64,000 bases of DNA from a virus. Its lineage: Duplodnaviria > Caudoviricetes. The notes below the pieces were generated by a model. That model was not told where the DNA came from. It saw nothing but the letters and a program-made list of their open reading frames with translations, and ran no database searches. Both the position numbers and the translations under genes were made by a program. The stretch spans positions 3,399 to 67,398 of the IMG/VR virus record IMGVR_UViG_3300032038_000070. One strand, given 5' to 3'. Below, in pieces: positions 27,266 to 36,772 of the stretch (position 1 is its first letter; every line of letters starts with the position of its first letter).

Positions 27266-29504
27266 TGTTGGAAGTGTAAAATACAAGGTCGAGCTAGACG
27301 ACAGCCAGCTCGATCAGGACATATCGAAAACTGAATCCGACATATCCTCCAAACTTGGCTCCATCAGCAGCACCCTGAACAAGCAGTTTGGTTACCAGAT
27401 ATTCAAAGACGTAGGTGGAGCAGTCGTAGAGGCTGGGAAGGCGATGGTCGGCTTCGCAGCAGACTCCGTACAGACCGGGGTGACCTTCGACAAGAGCATG
27501 GCGCAGGTCGCAGCCACAATGGGGCTGACCGTTGACGAGATTGGAGAGCTGCGCGACTTCGCACAGGAGATGGGCGCGTCCACAGCGTTCTCCGCGTCAC
27601 AGGCAGCGGATGCGCTGAATTACATGGCTCTCGCCGGGTACGACGCAGAGACAGCCATGAGCATGATGCCGAACGTCCTCAATCTCGCGGCAGCAGGCGA
27701 CATCGATCTCGCCAGAGCTTCCGACATGGTAACGGATGCAAGCTCCGCACTCGGACTGTCCTTGGAAGAGACGAGCGTCATGGTCGACCAGATGGCCAAG
27801 GCCTCGTCCAAGTCGAACACGAGCGTAGCTCAGCTTGGAGACGCGATCCTCACCGTTGGTGGTACCGCTAAGAATATGGCCGGTGGGACGACAGAGCTGT
27901 CCACAGCGCTCGGCATCATGGCCGACAGCGGCATCAAGGGAGCGGAAGCAGGAACCCACATGAGGAACATCCTGCTCGCGCTGAATCCTACGACGAAAGA
28001 TGCGAAAGAGGCATTCGAGGAGTTAGGAATCAATGCCTACGACGCGGAAGGCAACCTTCGGCCACTTAACGATACGTTCTCTGAGATGGCCGTTCGCTTG
28101 GCAGATTTCGACTCGCAGGGAAGGACAGATATACTGTCCAAGATGTTCAACAAGACTGACCTGTCTGCTGTAGATGCGTTGCTCACAGCAGCGACCTACG
28201 ACATGGACGGCCTTAAAGAGGCAGTTGGTCAGCTTGGCATCAACTGGGAGAATGTCCGCGTCATTACGAAAGACTGGGGTCTTTCAGCCGAAGAAGGAAT
28301 GGAGCACATCGTCAGAACTACTGAGAACTGGATTCTCAGCGGTTCAACGATGGAGCAAACACTTGGCCTGCTGAGAGAATCCTACGGCATGACACAGGAG
28401 GACGCAGTCGCCCTATTTGAGACTGTTTCCGCAGAGCTCGACAAGCAAGGAAACCGTTGGACGGAGCTGTCCGGGTACATCGACGACGCAGCCGGTTCTG
28501 CACAGAAAATGGCCGACACGCAGCTCGATAACCTCGCAGGCGACATTACACTGATGCAGTCTGCTCTTGAGGGTGTCAAGATCGCTATCAGCGATTCTCT
28601 TACACCTACACTGAGGGAGTTCGTCCAGTTCGGTGGTGACGCACTCGGACAGCTCGCGGAAGCCTTCAAAGAGGGAGGCCTCAGCGGAGCGGTCGATGCC
28701 TTCGGCCAGATACTCAGCGACGGCATCGCGCTCATCGTAAGCAAGGCACCAGACCTCGTAAAGGCCGGGATGCAGCTCATTGAGTCCCTCGGAGGAGGAC
28801 TCCTCGACAACCTGCCTGTCATTCTGGACGCAGCGCTTGAGGTTTTACTCACCCTTGTAGATGGGCTCATCGACAACATTCCGAAGCTCCTAGACGCAGC
28901 CATCAAGCTCATCACAGGGCTCGCCAAGTTCATTGCAGACAACGCAGACACAATTACCGAGAAGGGCGTCGAGCTCATTGCAGCTCTGGTCAAAGGGCTT
29001 ATACTCGCAGTCCCGGACATCATAAGGGCTATCCCGACGCTCATCAGAGCGATTTGGGAAACCTTCACAAACTTCAACTGGCTCAGCCTCGGCGTAGACA
29101 TCATCAGAGGTATTGCACGAGGAATCGCAGGAGCAGCAGGAGAGATTGCAAACGCAGCGAGAGAGGCAGCGAGCAACGCACTGAACGCGGCGAAGAGCTT
29201 TCTTGGTATCCACAGCCCTTCAAAACGAGCAGCAGAGGAGATTGGTGAGCCGTACTCAGAAGGTGTCGCGGAAGGTATTGACAGCGGCATGGACGAGATA
29301 GACAAGAGCGTCGAGCTGATGGGCAGGACGCTTACGGCAGACGTAGCCCTCCCGGACGTGAGCGGATGGGCAGGAAGCCTCGGAGCAGCATTCAACGCGA
29401 GCAGCAGCACAGCCATCACGGTCGTGTCTGAACTCGACGGCAGAGAGATTGCCAGAGGCACGGCATGGTACATGAACGAGCAGCTCGCATGGGAGGCAAG
29501 ATAA
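27258..29504 (+). CDS. Tape measure protein (TP901-like core repeat)
   Basis: FDKSMAQV.AT, A.ALNYMALAG, GIKG.EAGT..RN, Ala-rich amphipathic repeats. Confidence 0.92.
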   Translation: MPDVGSVKYKVELDDSQLDQDISKTESDISSKLGSISSTLNKQFGYQIFKDVGGAVVEAGKAMVGFAADSVQTGVTFDKSMAQVAATMGLTVDEIGELRDFAQEMGASTAFSASQAADALNYMALAGYDAETAMSMMPNVLNLAAAGDIDLARASDMVTDASSALGLSLEETSVMVDQMAKASSKSNTSVAQLGDAILTVGGTAKNMAGGTTELSTALGIMADSGIKGAEAGTHMRNILLALNPTTKDAKEAFEELGINAYDAEGNLRPLNDTFSEMAVRLADFDSQGRTDILSKMFNKTDLSAVDALLTAATYDMDGLKEAVGQLGINWENVRVITKDWGLSAEEGMEHIVRTTENWILSGSTMEQTLGLLRESYGMTQEDAVALFETVSAELDKQGNRWTELSGYIDDAAGSAQKMADTQLDNLAGDITLMQSALEGVKIAISDSLTPTLREFVQFGGDALGQLAEAFKEGGLSGAVDAFGQILSDGIALIVSKAPDLVKAGMQLIESLGGGLLDNLPVILDAALEVLLTLVDGLIDNIPKLLDAAIKLITGLAKFIADNADTITEKGVELIAALVKGLILAVPDIIRAIPTLIRAIWETFTNFNWLSLGVDIIRGIARGIAGAAGEIANAAREAASNALNAAKSFLGIHSPSKRAAEEIGEPYSEGVAEGIDSGMDEIDKSVELMGRTLTADVALPDVSGWAGSLGAAFNASSSTAITVVSELDGREIARGTAWYMNEQLAWEAR

Positions 29505-30199
29505 TGACACCGACGCAGGCGACAACAATGACCGTCAACGGTACGGACATTTTCACCTATAACGCACTCATCGAGAAGTTCTCTGTGAGCGGCACCGAGA
29601 TTAAGAACGAGACGTACCAAGGGGTGAACAGAACCAACTACAATCTGCTCAATTCTCTCTTCTACATGAAGACGATCACGATCTCAATCTTCCTCAGTGC
29701 GGATACCCGGAGAAACCTTACTCTGGCGAAGAGCAGACTGGATAGTCTCATGTGGGGAAAAGTCGAGCTAGGTCTCCCAGACGGATTCTATTACACAGCC
29801 ACACTGCAATCGACAGGGGAGCTTGCCATCTTAGGCATTGACGACAACTCCGTTATTGCACTCTGTGAGTACACGTTCACCGGGATGCAGCACGATGCGC
29901 TCGTCACGAGCACCGGAAACACCATCGACTGCCAGTCTACAATACCGTACACCGATTGCAGACTGACCTGTACGGCATCACAGGCCTATAGCAGCATCAC
30001 AATCGGTACGGTCACGATCACCGGTGTTGCAAGCGGAGACGTGCTTGTCGTAGACGGCATCAACGGCAGGATACTCCAGAACGGAGCACCGTGCGCAGGA
30101 AACATGAGATTCCGACGTTTTCCGAGCCTTACACCGGGGTCGAACACCATCAACTGCCCGGAGGAGCTTACCATCGAATATTACCCCACATACATCTAA
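29504..30199 (+). CDS. Distal tail (Dit)-like protein
   Basis: Directly after the tape measure gene; VVDGINGRIL.NG, FP.L.PG.N.I. Confidence 0.75.
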   Translation: MTPTQATTMTVNGTDIFTYNALIEKFSVSGTEIKNETYQGVNRTNYNLLNSLFYMKTITISIFLSADTRRNLTLAKSRLDSLMWGKVELGLPDGFYYTATLQSTGELAILGIDDNSVIALCEYTFTGMQHDALVTSTGNTIDCQSTIPYTDCRLTCTASQAYSSITIGTVTITGVASGDVLVVDGINGRILQNGAPCAGNMRFRRFPSLTPGSNTINCPEELTIEYYPTYI

Positions 30200-30208
30200 G
30201 GAGAGGCG

Positions 30209-32104
30209 ATGCTTACTCTTTACCACAACGGGCAGCAGTTGCCCATACAGGACACAGAATACTACGTCCGGGAGCTCGCGAGCGGCCTAGACGAAGTAAT
30301 CTTCAACCTGTCTATATATGACCCGATTTACGCTGCCTTGCAGGAAGAGGAGCAGATCACTGACCGGGGAGGACAGCGATACCTCGTAAAGCAGATAGAC
30401 GCAGGAGCGAACAGCGCGAAAGTAATCTGTCAGATAGACCTTGACGCTTGGAAAGCCGATATGTACGAGGAGTACACGAACGGATCCGCGACGGTCTACA
30501 GCACGATAGACGGCATCAAGCCGACAGGGTGGACGGTACTTGATAGAGCCGGCATCAACATCCGCAGGACGATAAAAGGAGCATACACTCCTCTACAGAT
30601 ATGCGAGGTGTGTCGTGACACGTACAAAGTATACCTCCGTTGGGATACCCTAGCGAGAACCTGCACCATCTTCCCTATGTCTCTTAGAGCTCCGGCAGGC
30701 TCCTTTGCTACGAGGGAGCTGAACCTCAAGGAAATCAACTACAAAGGCAAGTCCACGGACTTCATCACGAGACTGTACGCGTTCGGAGCAAAGGATGATG
30801 CAGGAAAACCGATGTCACTGATGAATCAGCGTATCGGTGGACAAGTATATCCATACAAATATGTGGATAACTTTTCCTACTCCAACAAGATTATATGCGG
30901 ATATTGGATAGACGAGCGGTACACAGACCCGGCAAGCCTCTATGATGATGCAGTCGCCAAGCTTGCTGTGATGGCACAGCCTTCCCGGTCGTACTCTTGC
31001 AGCGTCGTAGACCTACAGGCGACAAACCCGGAAGTCTACAACAATCTGGATTTCAGCCTGTTCACGACAGTCACGCTGATAGATGACATCAAGGAAACGG
31101 CAGTCAACTACCAAGTTGTCGAGCGACACGCTTACCCTTATCACCCGGAGCTGAACGAGATCATGCTCGACAGCGCTCCTGCCCGAATAACATCTCAGAT
31201 AGTTAGAATCGCGGACAGTATCGAAAATCCATCGAGCGCTTTTCAGCAGATACTCGACATTCGAGCGCAGCAGGCCACAAACTGGCTCCTCTCTGGAGAC
31301 GGCTATGTCGTAGCAGTACAGGACGAAGACGGCTCTTGGAAAGAACTCCTCTTCCTCGATACACCAGACATCTCAACAGCGCAGAAGGTGCTGAGGATTA
31401 ACGAGAACGGCATTGGCTTCTCGACGACAGGAGCAAACGGTCCATATACTAACGCATGGACGATAGACGGACAGCTTGTCGCAGATTTCATCACGACCGG
31501 GACACTTACCGCCAACGTGATGCGAGCAGGAACCATCCGCGATCTTGCCGGGAAAAACTGGTGGAACCTCGACACAGGTGAAATTCAGATAAGTGCCGAA
31601 GCAGTTGTCGATACCTCCGAGTTTGTCACGCAAGCCCAATTTACAGCCGCCGCAGACCGTATTGCGTCAGAGGTTGTGGAGCAAGTTGGGTCTGGCATCT
31701 TTTACAACGTAGTCCCGACAGACAACGGCAACGGAACGGTCACACTGCAAGCCCATGTGTACCTTAACAGGAACGATGCTACACAGACATTTAGTCAGTA
31801 CTTCTTCCAGTGGTATAAGAAAACCGAGGACAGCAAGGACTTCATTGGGTACGGCTATGAAATCACCGTAACAAAGACCGAATATGGTTACGGTGGTGAG
31901 GTAGAGGGGACTTTCCTCATGTTAGAGGACAGATACCCTGTCAACAGTCAAGGTAGATGGGTATTCACACAAAACGGCAGTTATTTCACTCTTGCCACGT
32001 CACAGGGGGAATTGCTGTTTGCTCAAGGGCATCCGATGGTGCTGTCAGAAGCGCAGACCTCTGGAAATGTATACCCCGTGTTTGGGTACGATTATTACGA
32101 ATAG
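30209..32104 (+). CDS. Tail endopeptidase/Tal-like baseplate protein
   Basis: NLKEINY...TRLYA.G, LFTTVTLID, R.NENGIGFS.TG.NGPY..AWTIDG. Confidence 0.75.
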   Translation: MLTLYHNGQQLPIQDTEYYVRELASGLDEVIFNLSIYDPIYAALQEEEQITDRGGQRYLVKQIDAGANSAKVICQIDLDAWKADMYEEYTNGSATVYSTIDGIKPTGWTVLDRAGINIRRTIKGAYTPLQICEVCRDTYKVYLRWDTLARTCTIFPMSLRAPAGSFATRELNLKEINYKGKSTDFITRLYAFGAKDDAGKPMSLMNQRIGGQVYPYKYVDNFSYSNKIICGYWIDERYTDPASLYDDAVAKLAVMAQPSRSYSCSVVDLQATNPEVYNNLDFSLFTTVTLIDDIKETAVNYQVVERHAYPYHPELNEIMLDSAPARITSQIVRIADSIENPSSAFQQILDIRAQQATNWLLSGDGYVVAVQDEDGSWKELLFLDTPDISTAQKVLRINENGIGFSTTGANGPYTNAWTIDGQLVADFITTGTLTANVMRAGTIRDLAGKNWWNLDTGEIQISAEAVVDTSEFVTQAQFTAAADRIASEVVEQVGSGIFYNVVPTDNGNGTVTLQAHVYLNRNDATQTFSQYFFQWYKKTEDSKDFIGYGYEITVTKTEYGYGGEVEGTFLMLEDRYPVNSQGRWVFTQNGSYFTLATSQGELLFAQGHPMVLSEAQTSGNVYPVFGYDYYE

Positions 32105-32113
32105 GAGACAGTC

Positions 32114-32722
32114 ATGGCAGATGTATATGTAAACGCACTAACCACAATCAGCACTGAACCGACCACAACGGACAGCTTGGTTGCGGTCAACAGGAACACC
32201 AACGAGGGCAAAATAATTGATTACAATTTACTTGCTGATGCTATCCTCAACAAGATTGCAAGCAAGCAGTTTTCAAGTCTGGACACAACAAGCAAGCTGT
32301 TGGTTGGGGCAATCAACGAACTGGATTCAGACATTGCCTCACAGGCGGCTGAAATTAGTTCGTTAAATAGCAGTTTAACGCCTATTTCTTATACAGGATA
32401 TTCCATTGTTGGGTATAGTTCCACCGACCCTACTCTGAGCTATGTATATATAGTCGGGAAGATATGTATATACTCTCTGGCGTTTAAGGGCGGCACATCT
32501 GAAACAACACCCGGACATACAGAGACATTTGTGACAGGGATGCCGAAACCATTGCATGATTCCTATGGTAATGGAATGTCATTTAATGGTAACATAACAC
32601 AAAATTTTAGGTACAGAGTCACATCAAGCGGTGATACAGGAATTATTACAAATTATTATTCTGGTGTGCGCGTTTATGTGGGTAACCCCGTAATAATGAC
32701 TGGTGCATATATTATCGCCTAA
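32114..32722 (+). CDS. Tail fibre / receptor-binding protein, expressed C-terminal variant
   Basis: Helical N-terminus (LDTTSK.LVGAINEL), SSLNS recombination site at aa 82-86, then a beta-rich tip. Confidence 0.75.
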   Translation: MADVYVNALTTISTEPTTTDSLVAVNRNTNEGKIIDYNLLADAILNKIASKQFSSLDTTSKLLVGAINELDSDIASQAAEISSLNSSLTPISYTGYSIVGYSSTDPTLSYVYIVGKICIYSLAFKGGTSETTPGHTETFVTGMPKPLHDSYGNGMSFNGNITQNFRYRVTSSGDTGIITNYYSGVRVYVGNPVIMTGAYIIA

Positions 32723-33076
32723 TAGCATGGCATGATAGAAGCACTGCGACTTTTCGTCAAAGACGGAATTGGCGAAACTGCTAGATAAAAAACTAATCTG
32801 CGATTGCCACCCATACACCTTCTGGCGGACGATATTCGCTTTGGTTTGCAATTAGCCAAAACGAAAACTCGGTTGCGCTGATTGCGTTGACTCTATAAAA
32901 ATAAGTACGGTATCCATTACCGCCTGCAGTCTGCATAATAACCCGCGGAACATTGCTGAACGGAGTTGGAAATGTGACCGTTATAACATCTGACATATAA
33001 TTACCGCCCGCGCTTGCTGTTCCTGTTGTTGCGGCAGGCATTAATCCTGTTTGTATTCTGCTATTTAACGAACTAA
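32355..33076. mobile_element. Invertible tail-fibre segment bounded by 19-bp inverted repeats
   Basis: TTAGTTCGTTAAATAGCAG at 32355-32373 and its exact reverse complement at 33058-33076. Confidence 0.85.
32793..33076 (-). CDS. Silent alternative tail-fibre C-terminus (88 aa after SSLNS; H-lectin/gp53-like)
   Basis: Minus strand reads SSLNS-RIQTGLMPAATT...VTFPTPFSNVPRV...FSFWL in frame from the repeat; no RBS of its own. Confidence 0.8.
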
Positions 33077-33103
33077 ATGAGTTCCAATTTTAAGAGGTAA
33101 ATA

Positions 33104-34153
33104 ATGAGATTTGCCCAAGAAATTTCTATATTCAATCCATATGCGATTGCAGACGCTCTCATTGATATGGGTACCACAATCACCCAGACCGCTGAGGAGA
33201 TACGCCTAGAAGCGGCGGCAACGTATGCCACGCAGACAGGACTGCAAACGCTGTCCTCAAGGGTTAGCCAGACGGCAACGGCAATCAGCTTCACACTGTC
33301 CAAAAACGGAGACAGGACGGCACAACTGTCCATGTCCTACACTAAAGAGGACGGCAGTGTGATACAGTTAGCCGCTCAGAGCGTACAGTTTACTGGACTT
33401 GTGACGTTCACGGACTTGTCTGGCACTGGTACCACAATCAACGGCGGGAACATCACAACAGGCACACTGAGCGGTGACCGCATCAACGGCGGCACCATTA
33501 CAGGCTCAACAATCAGCGGCGGCACTCTGATTGCACAGGGGACTGCGGCAGGGGATGTTGTAATCGGCAATGGACAGGTACACGTACCATATTTACGATT
33601 TGTCAAGGACGGCAACGACATCGGTGGCATACTAACTGACTTCACATGGGATGATAACCCGAGCGGCAAACGCCTGTGGACAGGTCACGGGCTTCATGTC
33701 ACAGCAGAGGAAGATGAGTGGTTTACCTGTGACACATCTGCAAGGTTTACAGGAAACGTGTATAACTCCTCTGGATATGTTCAATTTGTTTCTGACCGCC
33801 GCAAGAAAAATGATATTGAGGTTCTGAAAGACGGATACAACACCATCATGAACCTTGTGCCTGTGTCATTCCGATTGAAAGAACACCCAGAGACAAAACA
33901 CCATGGATTCATTGCCCAGATGGTACAGGAAATTGTCAAAGATGACTGGGGCATTGTTGGAGAAATGCCAGAGGGAGACAGTACAACGCTTACACTGTCA
34001 TACACAGAACTGATTGCAGACCTTGTTGGAGCAGTCCAGACGCTAGACAAACGTATTAATCAGTTTGACTGCCTTGACACATTAGGCGAGATTGTCGAAC
34101 TGGTACACAAGCAGAATGAGCGCATTGCAAAACTGGAGGCACAACATGGATAA
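33104..34153 (+). CDS. Tail spike/fibre protein with C-terminal S74-type intramolecular chaperone
   Basis: I.GG.I.G repeats; SDRRKKNDI, GFIAQ, LSYTELIA.LV.AVQ. Confidence 0.8.
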   Translation: MRFAQEISIFNPYAIADALIDMGTTITQTAEEIRLEAAATYATQTGLQTLSSRVSQTATAISFTLSKNGDRTAQLSMSYTKEDGSVIQLAAQSVQFTGLVTFTDLSGTGTTINGGNITTGTLSGDRINGGTITGSTISGGTLIAQGTAAGDVVIGNGQVHVPYLRFVKDGNDIGGILTDFTWDDNPSGKRLWTGHGLHVTAEEDEWFTCDTSARFTGNVYNSSGYVQFVSDRRKKNDIEVLKDGYNTIMNLVPVSFRLKEHPETKHHGFIAQMVQEIVKDDWGIVGEMPEGDSTTLTLSYTELIADLVGAVQTLDKRINQFDCLDTLGEIVELVHKQNERIAKLEAQHG

Positions 34154-34659
34154 ACCGATTACACTGACACAGAGAGAATTTAAGGACAAAATAGTCCAAG
34201 CCATAAACGAGTCTGGACTTCCTGCTTTTATCATTTCCCCTGTCCTCAGACAGGCACTTGATAAGGTGGAAGAGATAGAAGAACAGCAGTATCTTGCCGA
34301 CAAAAAGGCATATGAAGAAAGAGAGGAAAACAATGGGGAAATTACTGAAACTTGCTGACGGTAGTGATTACACTGCTACAATCTCAAGCACCATCACGGA
34401 CTTGCATATCCCTGTGGATAAGTACAAGGATGTGGACAGCCTCAAGGCAAAGCTTACACCGACCAACCTTGCAAGCGTTGTCTTTGACGGCAGAGTATAC
34501 AAAGACCTTGCCCTTGTGGATGATAGTGCAAGCAGAGAAAGCGGCAAGCTGAATGCCCACATCGTTCTGGAGTTGGGCATTGAGGACAGGATTGAGGCAG
34601 AGAAACAGGCGGCTGTGGATGCCTACACCATGCAACTGATTGAGGAGGGACTGCTGTGA
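34146..34659 (+). CDS. Two small tail-associated hypothetical proteins (34146..34358 and 34333..34659)
   Basis: Overlapping ORFs with RBS between the tail and lysis genes. Confidence 0.6.
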
Positions 34660-34784
34660 GGATTTTGGTAGAATCATTACGGAGACTGTACAAGGCGGGA
34701 AAGCTGACCATTGAACAGATACAGGAACGGCTGAACAAGGGGACAATCACCCAAGAAGAATATGAGTATATCATCGGGGACTAA
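34656..34784 (+). CDS. XkdX-like small protein
   Basis: L.RLY..GK.T.EQI......G.IT.EEYE.I.G. Confidence 0.7.
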   Translation: MRILVESLRRLYKAGKLTIEQIQERLNKGTITQEEYEYIIGD

Positions 34785-34815
34785 TTAGTCCCCTTTTTGT
34801 TTGGAGGGTAAACCC

Positions 34816-35076
34816 TTGGATATTACTACAATCATAGTTGCCTGTCTCTCCCTGTTTGGTACGTTGGTCGGTTCTGTCACAGGTGTCATGACCGCAAACA
34901 AGCTGACCACATACCGAATCGAACAGCTTGAAAAAAAGGTAGACAAGCACAACAGCATCATTGAGAGGGTTGCCCTTCTGGAACAGGACAATACCACACA
35001 ATGGAAACGTATTGACGCCTTGAGGGCAGACCTTGAGGCAATGAAAAAAGACGTATATGGAGGTTTAGGAAGATGA
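34816..35076 (+). CDS. Holin-like / XhlA-like membrane protein
   Basis: N-terminal TM segment, LT.YRIEQLEKKVDKHN motif. Confidence 0.7.
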   Translation: MDITTIIVACLSLFGTLVGSVTGVMTANKLTTYRIEQLEKKVDKHNSIIERVALLEQDNTTQWKRIDALRADLEAMKKDVYGGLGR

Positions 35077-35264
35077 ATGGAGAATTTTGGCGTGCGGCAC
35101 TTATCCGCGCAGTGAGGACTGCGGCACAGACTGCCATTGCAAGCATCGGCACCACGGCAGTCATATATGAAGTTGATTGGGTCACGGTACTGGGTACAAC
35201 AGCCCTTGCAACGCTCCTGTCATTTCTGACCTCCGTTGCAACAGGCCTTCCGGAGGTAGAGTGA
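35073..35264 (+). CDS. Holin (r1t-like)
   Basis: AA.IRAVRT.AQTAIA, VDW..V, LS.LTSVA.GLPE. Confidence 0.85.
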   Translation: MNGEFWRAALIRAVRTAAQTAIASIGTTAVIYEVDWVTVLGTTALATLLSFLTSVATGLPEVE

Positions 35265-35998
35265 TGGTACGCATCGCGCAGGCCTCGAAGGATGAGAGGA
35301 GCCGGTACACCGGAGGACAAGCCGGTAACCAGAGCGGCAGCGAGCTAAATATACGAGAATGGTACAGCAGGCCGTGGGATACCGTCTTACGACCGAAAAC
35401 ACCAGAGCTCGCACAGAGTGTCGTGAGTGTGTCGCTGAGGCTCGTGAAATGTACGCTGATAGGTTACGACCAGAATCAGCGAACAACACTGTACGACCAG
35501 TGCCAGAGGATCGGATGGGACATCAACCGGCTGAACGAGATACAGCCGTGCGAGTGCGATTGCAGCAGCCTTATTGCAGTCATCCTGCGGTTCTGCGGCA
35601 TCAGCATCCCGAAGACGGTCTACACCGGGAATCTTACGAGCTATGTTCTGGCTACAGGCAAGTTTATCTGCCTCAGAGACCCGAAGTACCTCACCGGGGA
35701 CGCGTACATCAAGGCAGGAGACATCTTGCTGAACACAGCACACCATGTTGCGGTCGCTGTTGACACCGGAGCGAAGGCACTCAGCTCGACATTCACACCG
35801 TACGCAGCAGTTGTCGACGTGAGTTCTTTCCTTAATGTAAGGGAGGGCCCCGGTACGTGGTACCCGGTCTTCAAGGTGAGCGGCACAGATTTCAGATTGC
35901 CCAATGGACTCGTAGTTGCTATCATAGAGGAGGTAGACGGATGGGGAAGGCTCTCAAACTTGGATGGTTGGGTGTCGCTGTCGTACTTGCAGCGGTAG
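35264..35998 (+). CDS. Endolysin B (paralogue of 1144..1902)
   Basis: CECDCSSLI, HHVAV, C-terminal LNVREGPGT...GWVSL. Confidence 0.88.
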   Translation: MVRIAQASKDERSRYTGGQAGNQSGSELNIREWYSRPWDTVLRPKTPELAQSVVSVSLRLVKCTLIGYDQNQRTTLYDQCQRIGWDINRLNEIQPCECDCSSLIAVILRFCGISIPKTVYTGNLTSYVLATGKFICLRDPKYLTGDAYIKAGDILLNTAHHVAVAVDTGAKALSSTFTPYAAVVDVSSFLNVREGPGTWYPVFKVSGTDFRLPNGLVVAIIEEVDGWGRLSNLDGWVSLSYLQR

Positions 35999-36058
35999 CA
36001 TTTTTTCTCAAGCGAGCGATCTACGACTACTACAGGAACGTACAGCCGTAGCGGAGAC

Positions 36059-36486
36059 ACAATTTCCTACAATTTCAAATTGTACCCCAATACAATTAGA
36101 TTGCGTACGATTTAACGGTATGCGTTTTCCCTGTAATTACAGCATTTTGTCTTAAAAAATTTTGTGGAACAAGTAACCACTGAGGTCACAAAAGTGTCTG
36201 AGTGTCCGAAACTGTGCAAATTTACATCAGCGCAGAATTTTTGAATAACTCCACACAATTCAATAGACTATAATAGTTCATACAATTTCACACAATATCC
36301 AGGTACCCGGTCATACAATTCAATTTTGTACGATTTAACGTTGTGCGAAATCCCTGTAATTCTAGGCTTTTGTCCCAAAATTTTTTGTGGAACAAGTGAC
36401 CACCCCCATCATGAATCTGTCTGAGTGTCCAAAACTGTCCGTTTTTTGGTCAGCGTAAAATAAGCAGATAACTACAGACAATTTAC
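36059..36486. repeat. Two tandem copies (223-bp period) of a ~200 bp non-coding element; third copy at 52502
   Basis: Shared blocks TTTTGTGGAACAAGT (36160, 36383) and TGTCTGAGTGTCC (36195, 36418). Confidence 0.85.
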
Positions 36487-36525
36487 GGGTCAAAATTCTG
36501 TCCTAACCGGCAGCAGAAGAGCAGC

Positions 36526-36772
36526 TTGCAACACGGCTTGCAACACGAAGGCTCACGGGTCAGCTAAAATCAACGTGTTTCGGACGAGGATTCGGGTTCG
36601 ATTCCCGCTGCCTGCAGTTGAAGAAATCCCAGTGTTTTCAAGGTCTACAGACTTTGAGCACTGGGATTTTTGTCGTCTACACGACACGTTCTGACGCAGG
36701 AGCGACAAGGCGTGTCAGTCGCTTGCAACATGATTTTGCAACACGGCCTCGCCGTTCACATCTTGCAACACG
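36526..36772. other. attP of the tyrosine integrase: tRNA 3'-end core flanked by arm-type repeats
   Basis: Core CGGG-TTCGATT-CCCG-CTGCCTGC-A (36593-36616); TTGCAACAYG at 36526, 36538, 36723, 36736 and 36763. Confidence 0.8.
36624..36672. terminator. Stem-loop next to the att core (likely terminator)
   Basis: AAATCCCAGTG...CACTGGGATTT with flanking A/T tracts. Confidence 0.6.

Noticed and set aside
30209-34153. Diversity-generating retroelement acting on tail genes
   Set aside because: No reverse transcriptase in the window and no TR/VR pair differing at adenines.
36059-36486. CRISPR array
   Set aside because: The units are long, diverged and colinear over their whole length; there is no constant short repeat with unique spacers and no cas genes.
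36575-36620. Complete tRNA or tmRNA gene
   Set aside because: Only the T-loop and acceptor 3' strand are present; no 5' acceptor strand, D-arm or anticodon arm upstream. Treated as an att core.
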